Below are positions 1 through 7,771 of a DNA stretch of 64,000 nucleotides, in pieces (within the stretch, counting starts at the first letter, position 1; every line of letters starts with the position of its first letter). Position numbers and translations under genes: made by a program. This DNA is from a virus. The DNA lies in the IMG/VR virus record IMGVR_UViG_3300035696_000024, positions 1-64,000 of that record, one strand, 5' to 3'. The notes beneath the pieces are model-generated. The model did not search any database. It saw only the letters and a program-made list of their open reading frames with translations, and was not told where the DNA came from.

Positions 1-347
1 TGTACTGGTTAAAGTTTCATGAAAAATATCAAGATAGGCGTCCAACAAAAGCTGAGTTAAGACAGGAGTTCGCATCCCCGCCGTTTTACTTGGACCCGAA
101 AAAATGGAGAAAAGACAATTTTGAAGGTGGGAAAGAATATTCAGACAAGGAAATTTGGACGGAAGATGAAACCGACCCAATAATTTACAAGGGGCCTGAT
201 TTAAGTGATTCAGGTTTTGTCATAAATTATCAAAAAATAAAGCCTATGGAGCCGGTTGAATCCCAACTTATTCTCGTAAGAGATTTAAAGGGTTTCATGT
301 ATCTTTGGAATCATGCGTTGGCGAGAAAACTTGGATTGATGGATTAA
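1..347 (+). CDS. hypothetical protein, 5'-truncated by window edge
   Basis: The frame of ORF 90..347 stays open back to position 3 (YWLKFHEKYQDRR...). It stops at TAA 345-347, 3 nt before the next gene. Confidence 0.7.
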   Translation, partial: YWLKFHEKYQDRRPTKAELRQEFASPPFYLDPKKWRKDNFEGGKEYSDKEIWTEDETDPIIYKGPDLSDSGFVINYQKIKPMEPVESQLILVRDLKGFMYLWNHALARKLGLMD

Positions 348-350
348 ATA

Positions 351-2207
351 ATGAAAGTTTCTCACATTAAACAAATGGTGGATGAGTTGGTCAAAGAAGA
401 AGTGTTGAAAACGACTGATTTGGAAGGACCATATACCGTGCATGTCAAAAAAGGCAGGCTTGCAGGTCAAACGGTATTTGCTCATAAGCACAAAGTAACA
501 GGTGTTTATTATTATCATAATCCAGATACGGGTCAGGATGAACCGATTGGAACGGAAAACGATGTAGAGGTTCAAAAGCAACAGTATGAGGGTGTAGGGT
601 ATGTTTACGCAAAAGACAGGGCCAAAGACCCAAAATCCATCCCCGGCGAACATTGGCGCGTCAAGTTCCAAAGCGAAACAGATTTGAAAAAACACGGTAA
701 TACGGAAAAATCAAAAGTAGATGAAACAATATCAAAGGAAAACACACCAGCAATAACAGCAGAGGTTATTTTTAGACGGTTTAGTTACTGGGACATTTCA
801 AGAATTTGGAAAAAATATAATGATGTAGAAAAAGCATCCATAGAAGCTACAGCACTAGCTATTACAGGACAGAAAGATACTGAACCAAAGAAAACATGGC
901 CTTCTATAGTTTCTATATTTAAACAAATATTTTCCAGTCAATATAGGCAAATGGCTGGAGAATTATTTCAATTGTTTAAAAAAGAATTTGAAGACATGAA
1001 AAATTTGAATCAAAGAGAATCGGTTTCTAAGAAAGATGTCAAATCGGTTATTAGAGAACTTATTGATGAGATTTGGAATCTTAATAAAAATGATGTGGAA
1101 GGTGACGAAATTCATAGTGATGAGATATCAGAAATGTGGGCGGATATAGGGAATGTTTCAAATGAAGAACCAATGACAGGTGGTGAAGGTGGTGAAAAAA
1201 AGATGAAACCTACGGGTAAGGTAAGAGAACCGGGAGCTGATGCTAGTTTGGTAGATTTATACAAAGGTAAAGGCGGTCAATCTGATACAAGCGCACTTCC
1301 ATCAGTTGGTGGAGCAATGTCTGAAATAAGCGATTTAACGGAAAGAAAAAACAACATGAACAAATCAGAATTCTTAAAAAACGTTATTCGTGAAACAATA
1401 GAAGAAGTAAGGGACGAGGAACGCATAAAAGAACCTCAAGAACAAAAAAACATGAGATCGCTGTTACGAATACGGTCTTATGCAACTTGGGGAATAGACA
1501 ACCTTCAAAAGCAACCAAAAAAAATTACGGATGTATTTAACAGAATTATAATGGAAAGTGACACCCTTTCGTTATTACAAAAACGTGGATATTTTGATAT
1601 CGGTAAAAGTGGGGAAACATCATTAAAAACAATTGAAACTTATGCTCATTATGGCATCAACAATATCCAATCTTCCCCTGATAAAGTTGTCATGATACTT
1701 CAAAGGATAATCAAACAAGCCACAGAATTAATAGAAGAATATACACAAGGATTTCCCTCCAATGTAGGTAAACCAATTTATGAAGTCAGTTATGAACCTC
1801 CTTCTACTACCGATGCTACTGCTGCTGCAGACCATGCATATCAAGAACGACAAGAAGTGTTAGCGATGAAAAGAATACAATCATATGCGCATTGGGGATA
1901 TAAACACGCCAAAACACATCCTAATGAAGTTGTTGGTATGTTTAAGAAAATTGCAGATGAAATTGACGGTCTTGTAACGGCTCATGAAAAAGGAAAAGAG
2001 GTATCTCCATCCAATGTTAAGGAAGTTGCGCCGCCGGGATGGGAAGGAACAGTTAAAGCTATGAAAAAACATTCTGTAGGCGGAGCTAAAAAATGGAACC
2101 CAAAGAAGAAAAAAGATGAGGGAATGGAAGAAGAAGCCAAAAAGATTACAAATCCATATGCATTAGCGTGGTGGATGAAAGACCAAGGCTACAAGTCACA
2201 CAAATAA
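351..2207 (+). CDS. multi-module putative head/virion internal protein
   Basis: 618 aa. Several 'K-x-x-I-R-E-x-I-x-E' helices, three ~40-aa internal repeats (SYATWG / TYAHYG / SYAHWG) and a C-terminal APPGWEGTVKAMKKH...NPYALAWWMK module. Confidence 0.6.
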   Translation: MKVSHIKQMVDELVKEEVLKTTDLEGPYTVHVKKGRLAGQTVFAHKHKVTGVYYYHNPDTGQDEPIGTENDVEVQKQQYEGVGYVYAKDRAKDPKSIPGEHWRVKFQSETDLKKHGNTEKSKVDETISKENTPAITAEVIFRRFSYWDISRIWKKYNDVEKASIEATALAITGQKDTEPKKTWPSIVSIFKQIFSSQYRQMAGELFQLFKKEFEDMKNLNQRESVSKKDVKSVIRELIDEIWNLNKNDVEGDEIHSDEISEMWADIGNVSNEEPMTGGEGGEKKMKPTGKVREPGADASLVDLYKGKGGQSDTSALPSVGGAMSEISDLTERKNNMNKSEFLKNVIRETIEEVRDEERIKEPQEQKNMRSLLRIRSYATWGIDNLQKQPKKITDVFNRIIMESDTLSLLQKRGYFDIGKSGETSLKTIETYAHYGINNIQSSPDKVVMILQRIIKQATELIEEYTQGFPSNVGKPIYEVSYEPPSTTDATAAADHAYQERQEVLAMKRIQSYAHWGYKHAKTHPNEVVGMFKKIADEIDGLVTAHEKGKEVSPSNVKEVAPPGWEGTVKAMKKHSVGGAKKWNPKKKKDEGMEEEAKKITNPYALAWWMKDQGYKSHK

Positions 2208-4007
2208 ATGAACGATGTCTTGATAAAAGAGGGACCGGATACGGTTTATGATAAGGATGGAAGAACAATCGTAAATTGTAGTGAGGGGCCTAACGTTGGG
2301 TTTATAATTTATAAAATTACAGACTCCAATCCAACGGAAATTAAGTATGCGTTTTCAACCAAACACATTGATGGTGGAGCTGGGTCACATTGGGATGTTA
2401 GACGAGAAATAGAGAAAAAGGAACCAAATACATCTACCGATGAATTGATTCAAGGAAGAATATGGATTTACAATAAAATTGCATCCACATATCAAAATAA
2501 ATCAGAAGTTCAACAATATAGTTCTCAAATTGAATCAATCTTTGATGAATTAGATTTTGATATTAAGGAATATAAGTGGGAATTTGGAGACACACCCGAT
2601 GGAACATTTGTAGAATGGGAACACCTTTCCAAACCATTACCTAAAAGAGAAATGGACCCGGTACTAAAGAAAAAGATAAACGATTTAATACAAAGACTTC
2701 ATACAGCTACACCTGATGCAAAAATAAGAATTCGTTCTTTGATAAAGAAATATCAAAAAGAAGCTGGAATGGAAGAAGATGAATTAGATGCTGCCATTCA
2801 AGCTTCTCAAGAGAAATTGGCGTCAGCAAAAGGGCCGTATGATACAATTGCTCAAGCCAGATTTTATCAAGGCGCTATTGCTGAAACAAAACTCCGTGTT
2901 TACAACAAAACCTTGGACCCAAATCTCTGGGATGATAGAACACTCAAACCAGAAGTCAAAGAAGCGTTGTTAAAAGTTGCTGAAGATTTTTACAATTCCA
3001 CCGAATTAAAGGGGGAAATTCGAAATATTCTGTTTTTGGGGTCATCCGCAAATTATAATTGGACACCTACAAGTGATATAGACGTTCATATTGTTATAGA
3101 TATTGCTGAAGAGAGAATCAACGAAGAGTATGCTCGAAAGTTTATGGATGGGTTGGCGTTCAAATGGAATACAGAACACGATATTGAAGTAAAGGGACAT
3201 CCGGTGGAAGTGTACCTTCAAGACGTAAGAGAACCCAACAGCACACCACAGCAAGCAAGGCCGGGAGCTTCAATCTATTCCTTATATGATGATAAATGGT
3301 TGTTGGAGCCAAATCCACAAAACATTAAATTGGATTCTGACAAGATTCGTAAAAAATTTCAATTGATAAAGAAAAAAATTGAAAACTTGATTCAAACGGA
3401 AGATATTGAAAAATTGAAAGATTTGATGAAATCAATAAGAAATTATCGTGACGCGGGGTTGGCTAAAGCTGGAGAATTCAGTGTTGAAAATATTGTGTTC
3501 AAAGCTTTGCGTCATAGTGGCGACCTTAAAAGAATGAAAGACACCATCAATACTATTTACGATAGAAAATTGAGTTTACCAGAAGAAGGTCATGTTCTAA
3601 CATATAAGAAAACAAAACCGTTAAATGAACAATTAGGAAAACCCTTTCTTGTCGTTGGTGCTATTACCGATGATTTGAGTATAAAAAGCGCTATAGACTA
3701 TACAGGAAGTTCAACGGACCATGTAAAGATGACCAATACATGGAGTGTTTTACATGATGTTAGATGGAGATATAAATCCAAAACTAATACAATATATTGG
3801 ATGCCTCATGAATCGGAACCAACAACCGGCCAAAGAGAGGAAGTTATAGCTCATCTTCGCAGTAAATATAAAGTCATTAATCCAAGAGAAACATTCGATG
3901 CAGGCAAGTATGCTTTTGATGCTCATACTATAGATGAATTTATAAATGAAATAATTGATAAACATGGTAGTATTTCCAACTTGTTCTTTTCTGCCAAAAA
4001 AGTGTAA
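2208..4007 (+). CDS. Pol-beta-superfamily nucleotidyltransferase domain protein with flanking modules
   Basis: 599 aa. GSSANYNWTPTSDIDVHIVID matches the hG[S]-x9-DxD motif, and a third acidic strand is present (PVEVYLQD). Confidence 0.75.
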   Translation: MNDVLIKEGPDTVYDKDGRTIVNCSEGPNVGFIIYKITDSNPTEIKYAFSTKHIDGGAGSHWDVRREIEKKEPNTSTDELIQGRIWIYNKIASTYQNKSEVQQYSSQIESIFDELDFDIKEYKWEFGDTPDGTFVEWEHLSKPLPKREMDPVLKKKINDLIQRLHTATPDAKIRIRSLIKKYQKEAGMEEDELDAAIQASQEKLASAKGPYDTIAQARFYQGAIAETKLRVYNKTLDPNLWDDRTLKPEVKEALLKVAEDFYNSTELKGEIRNILFLGSSANYNWTPTSDIDVHIVIDIAEERINEEYARKFMDGLAFKWNTEHDIEVKGHPVEVYLQDVREPNSTPQQARPGASIYSLYDDKWLLEPNPQNIKLDSDKIRKKFQLIKKKIENLIQTEDIEKLKDLMKSIRNYRDAGLAKAGEFSVENIVFKALRHSGDLKRMKDTINTIYDRKLSLPEEGHVLTYKKTKPLNEQLGKPFLVVGAITDDLSIKSAIDYTGSSTDHVKMTNTWSVLHDVRWRYKSKTNTIYWMPHESEPTTGQREEVIAHLRSKYKVINPRETFDAGKYAFDAHTIDEFINEIIDKHGSISNLFFSAKKV

Positions 4008-4025
4008 AAAAGCACAAGTTGACAC

Positions 4026-4033
4026 TATTTATA
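4026..4033 (+). promoter_or_regulatory. putative late promoter TATTTATA
   Basis: Lies 30 nt upstream of the tail tube ATG. The same octamer recurs before many structural genes. Confidence 0.55.
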
Positions 4034-4063
4034 TTCAACATCACAAAATAAGGATGATTTTTT

Positions 4064-4555
4064 ATGGCAGACCTACTAAATAGCAATGAAATATTTTGGA
4101 CGGCTTATGAACCAAAAACACAAAACCGTTTCATTTTGTACATTGATGGTATTCCCTCTTTTTTACTAAGAAAGACAGACAGACCACATATAGTGCAAGA
4201 ACGAAAAGCATTAGACCACATTAACCTTCAAAGATACTACAAGGGCAAATCCATTTGGCAGGAAGTTGCGATGGAATTGTATGATGCAATTGTCCCATCG
4301 GGTGCCCAAGCAGTAATGGAATGGATACGTCTATCACACGAATCAGTAACAGGTCGTGATGGTTATCAAGATTTTTATAAGAAAAATATTACAATAAATG
4401 TTTTGGGCCCTGTAGGTGATAAGGTGGAAGAATGGACACTTGTTGGAGCATGGGTATCAGACGGAACTTTTAACGCAGTTGATTGGACTAATACGGGCGA
4501 CCCATTAGCAATTAACATTACAGTTAGCTACGATTACGCAATTTTACAGTATTAA
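4064..4555 (+). CDS. tail tube protein (T4 gp19-like)
   Basis: 163 aa with YEPKTQNRF, YYKGKSIW, AQAVMEW...VTGRDGY, VEEWTLVGAW and ITVSYDYA, typical of myovirus tube proteins. Confidence 0.88.
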   Translation: MADLLNSNEIFWTAYEPKTQNRFILYIDGIPSFLLRKTDRPHIVQERKALDHINLQRYYKGKSIWQEVAMELYDAIVPSGAQAVMEWIRLSHESVTGRDGYQDFYKKNITINVLGPVGDKVEEWTLVGAWVSDGTFNAVDWTNTGDPLAINITVSYDYAILQY

Positions 4556-4597
4556 TCATACTTATCAAATTACATCGAATCATTCTTATTTAACTTC

Positions 4598-4630
4598 AAA
4601 TCCCCCGTCATATGACGGGGGATTTTGTTT
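4598..4630 (+). terminator. rho-independent terminator
   Basis: Perfect 28-bp palindrome AAATCCCCCGTCAT-ATGACGGGGGATTT followed by TGTTT, downstream of the tube gene. Confidence 0.8.
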
Positions 4631-4660
4631 GTTACAATGGAATTCTTAATATTTATGATT

Positions 4661-5116
4661 ATGAAGAAAGTCGTTCTAAAGAGTCTCATCAAAAAAATAT
4701 TGAATGAAATGCGCTATTCTGAAAGATTGAAAGAAGATTTTGCTTTGGGATATAGCCACGGTATGGTTTTTGATGACCCTCAAGCAAAGGGATGGCGTGA
4801 TCCTCTAAATGACCCCGAATTGACGGGAAAAATAAATGAGACAGAATACAGGTTTCATGATTTTGATTGGTTAAAAAAAATGGATGGGTTTGGAATACCT
4901 ACTGATGTATATTATGGCTCTATTTATTTAGGTACGATAGTATCAAAACCCAAAGGATATGTCATAGAACTAATAGATACTCCACAAGGAAAAAGAACGG
5001 TCGAATATAGGAATAGAAAGAGGCAACTAATTGACCCAATCGTTTTTAAAACCAAAGACAGAGCGGCTAAAGCCCTTCACACATATTGGAAACAACAAAG
5101 GTCAACACAATTATGA
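4661..5116 (+). CDS. hypothetical late protein with N-terminal LKSLIKKILNE motif
   Basis: ATG at 4661 follows a TATTTATG element at 4650-4657. Its stop overlaps the next start (ATGA). Confidence 0.65.
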   Translation: MKKVVLKSLIKKILNEMRYSERLKEDFALGYSHGMVFDDPQAKGWRDPLNDPELTGKINETEYRFHDFDWLKKMDGFGIPTDVYYGSIYLGTIVSKPKGYVIELIDTPQGKRTVEYRNRKRQLIDPIVFKTKDRAAKALHTYWKQQRSTQL

Positions 5117-6243
5117 AAAAAATAGGTATATATCCCGGTAACTTTCAGCCAGCTACCAGAGCACATTTGGGAGTTTATAAACGATTAAAATCAATAGTGG
5201 GTCCTGATAGTTTCATAGCTACAACTGATAGGGAGCCCACCCCCGATGCACCACTTAATTTTGGCGACAAAGAGCAAATTTTGGTGAGACATGGTATCCC
5301 ATCAAGTCATATTGTCAAAGTTTCAACACTCCCTGTTGACAATGTAGGAAGAGCATCGGAGTGGAGGCCCAATGAAATTTTTGGAAATTTTTCAGCCGAA
5401 CACACAGTAGCTATATGTATTTTTAATGAGAAAGAAGCATCCTTGTTTGCAAAAAGAAAAGGAAAAATTAAAGTAAGTAAAGGTCTGTCTCCATCAACAC
5501 AAAGAGATGTTCAAAAAACACTGGAAGAGTTGGCAGAAACATCGGTTGAAACGTGGTTGAATGCAAACGGTAAACCTCAATATTTTCAACCATATAAAGG
5601 CAATGAAAGTGTTTTAAAACCATTGCAAGAACATGCTTACGTGATGGTGTTGGATGATTCAAGAATTGATGGAAGACCCGTATCAACAACAAATATTCGT
5701 AGTGTTTTAGGTTCTTCGAAGTACAATGATGAACAAAAAAAGAGATTTTTTACATGGATATTTGGTTGGTTTGACATTGGTTTGTACAAATTAATGGTGA
5801 CTAAATTTAGAATGGCCAGACAAGTTGCATCACCTGAAGAAGAACCGGCAGTATCGTCAATAGCAAATCCAAAAAGACAATTGGAAGAACTGGTATATGA
5901 AATTCTTAAAGAAGAAACAATGGATGAATACTATTCTTCCACTATCAATCAACCAGATTCCACAGATAATATAACGGGAGGCATGGATGGTAATGGTGAA
6001 ACAGACAAAACGGAAAGTCCGGCCAAACAAAAATCTGATGCTCTTAAAAAGAAAATAGGATTGGTCAAGCAAAAACAACAAGCTGAAAGAGATTTACACG
6101 GATTACAAACCGATTTAAAATGGAAGCAAGCAGATGTTATCAGAAAAAGAAAAGATGAGCTTCCGGGCAAAAGAAAAGAGATAGATGCTATAAATAAACA
6201 AATTACAGCAACAACATCAGCTAATAAAAATACGGTTGCATAA
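5113..6243 (+). CDS. HxGH-superfamily (cytidylyltransferase/CoaD-like) nucleotidyltransferase with C-terminal coiled coil
   Basis: IGIYPGNFQPATRAH (degenerate HxGH), PLNFGDK and VSTTNIRSVL (SxTxIR motif). Start set at the ATG at 5113. Confidence 0.7.
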   Translation: MKKIGIYPGNFQPATRAHLGVYKRLKSIVGPDSFIATTDREPTPDAPLNFGDKEQILVRHGIPSSHIVKVSTLPVDNVGRASEWRPNEIFGNFSAEHTVAICIFNEKEASLFAKRKGKIKVSKGLSPSTQRDVQKTLEELAETSVETWLNANGKPQYFQPYKGNESVLKPLQEHAYVMVLDDSRIDGRPVSTTNIRSVLGSSKYNDEQKKRFFTWIFGWFDIGLYKLMVTKFRMARQVASPEEEPAVSSIANPKRQLEELVYEILKEETMDEYYSSTINQPDSTDNITGGMDGNGETDKTESPAKQKSDALKKKIGLVKQKQQAERDLHGLQTDLKWKQADVIRKRKDELPGKRKEIDAINKQITATTSANKNTVA

Positions 6244-6575
6244 TGATGTTACTTTTGATCATGGTGGTTATTTTATTCGAACTTATAGTTCTGGTGGGTG
6301 GAGTGTATTTTACAGTAAAATATTTTTCTAAAATAAAGTTTTCTTCCAATAATATAACATCGAATGTAGTACATGACGGCGTTAAATCGGCAATGCAAGA
6401 AATCACTTATGAGGAACAAAAGAACAAACTTCACAAGAAAAAAATGGAAATTCCAACGCCCATATACAGTACATTACAGCACGATACTCCTGTTATTTCC
6501 GATGGTGATTTGATTCCATATGGATTGACAGAAAAAGAAAAGGCCACATTGGAAATGTTCTACAATAGTGATTAA
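6243..6575 (+). CDS. membrane-anchored hypothetical protein
   Basis: 110 aa with an N-terminal hydrophobic helix. Coupled to the upstream stop (TAATG). Confidence 0.6.
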   Translation: MMLLLIMVVILFELIVLVGGVYFTVKYFSKIKFSSNNITSNVVHDGVKSAMQEITYEEQKNKLHKKKMEIPTPIYSTLQHDTPVISDGDLIPYGLTEKEKATLEMFYNSD

Positions 6576-6635
6576 AACAATCTAAAAATTTATGTTTTCG
6601 CCTATATATCTTCGTGAAAGGCAAAATATAGAGTT

Positions 6636-7493
6636 ATGTCAGATAATAATCAAACAATCCCAATAAGGCGTCAAGTAGTTAATGTTCCAGATTTTATTAC
6701 AAAAGTTGCTACGGACGTTCCACAACAGAAAGATATCAAATATCCAACCGAAGTAATTCCTCTTCCAACAAAAGGATGGTTTTACCCTGAATCAAGTGTA
6801 TTGTCAAGTGGTGAAATTGAAATCAAACAAATGACAGCAAGGGAAGAGGACTTGCTTGCGAATCAAGAACTTATCAAAAAAGGCAAAGTATTGGACAAAC
6901 TGTTGGAATCTGTCATAGTAAACAAAGCCATTAAACTTGATGATGTTTTGGTTCCCGATAAAAACGCTATTTTTATTGCAATGCGACGATTAGCCTATGG
7001 TGATGATTATCATGTTTCGGTCACTTGTCCTCAGTGTGGAACACAAAACAAAGTGAAAATCAATCTTTCGGAATTGGCCTATAAACCATTTGACTTTGAC
7101 AACCATCCGAAGGGGGAAAATAATTTTATATTCAAATTGCCACACTCAGGCGTCACAATAACATACAAATTAATGAACAAGATTGATGAGCAAGCTATAG
7201 ATGCTGAATTGGCTCAAATAAAGAAATTTTCAAAGGATAATACGGGAGAATTGACTACCCGTTTGAAATACTTGCTGACTTCCGTTGACGGTAATGCTGA
7301 TAGAGTATATATCAGAAAATTCGTGGAAGATTCCCTTTCCGCCAAGGATAGTTTGGCACTTAGAAAATATATGAGAGAACATAATCCTGACGTGGATATG
7401 ACATTCAATTTCAAGTGTTCCGAATGTGACTTCGAAAGGAGGTTGGACATGCCTATCGGCGTATCCTTTCTATTCCCTGACACTGACTCCTGA
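6636..7493 (+). CDS. baseplate hub/tail assembly chaperone (T4 gp26-like)
   Basis: LPTKGWFY, IKQMTAREEDLL, two CxxC motifs (CPQC, CSEC) and a C-terminal FLFPD. Sits upstream of the tape measure gene. Confidence 0.75.
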   Translation: MSDNNQTIPIRRQVVNVPDFITKVATDVPQQKDIKYPTEVIPLPTKGWFYPESSVLSSGEIEIKQMTAREEDLLANQELIKKGKVLDKLLESVIVNKAIKLDDVLVPDKNAIFIAMRRLAYGDDYHVSVTCPQCGTQNKVKINLSELAYKPFDFDNHPKGENNFIFKLPHSGVTITYKLMNKIDEQAIDAELAQIKKFSKDNTGELTTRLKYLLTSVDGNADRVYIRKFVEDSLSAKDSLALRKYMREHNPDVDMTFNFKCSECDFERRLDMPIGVSFLFPDTDS

Positions 7494-7719
7494 GGATAAA
7501 GTCAGAGTACATCAGGAAATTTTTCATTTGGTTTACAACAGCAATGGTGGTTTTACTCATGATGAAGTTTATACCATGCCTGTATTTCTTAGATATTTTT
7601 ATCTCAACATGTTAGTTGACCAAAAGACCAAGGAAGCAGAAGCAACCAAGGATAAAGAGTCTGATATGTCGCCAAGACCAAAGCCTGTAGCTCGTCCTAA
7701 TATTAAGAAACCTTTATAA
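7426..7719 (+). CDS. gp51-like tail chaperone C-terminal segment, probably expressed by frameshift from the upstream gene
   Basis: LTPEDK..HQEIFHLVY..GGFTHDEVYTMPVFLRYFYL. Overlaps the end of 6636..7493 in the +1 frame with only a weak GTG start. Confidence 0.65.
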   Translation: MTSKGGWTCLSAYPFYSLTLTPEDKVRVHQEIFHLVYNSNGGFTHDEVYTMPVFLRYFYLNMLVDQKTKEAEATKDKESDMSPRPKPVARPNIKKPL

Positions 7720-7736
7720 TTCTTTTGGTTTTCCAC

Positions 7737-7744
7737 TATTTATA
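7737..7744 (+). promoter_or_regulatory. putative late promoter TATTTATA
   Basis: Intergenic, 27 nt before the tape measure ATG. Confidence 0.55.
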
Positions 7745-7771
7745 GTTTAATAACACCTGAAGTGTATTCGT

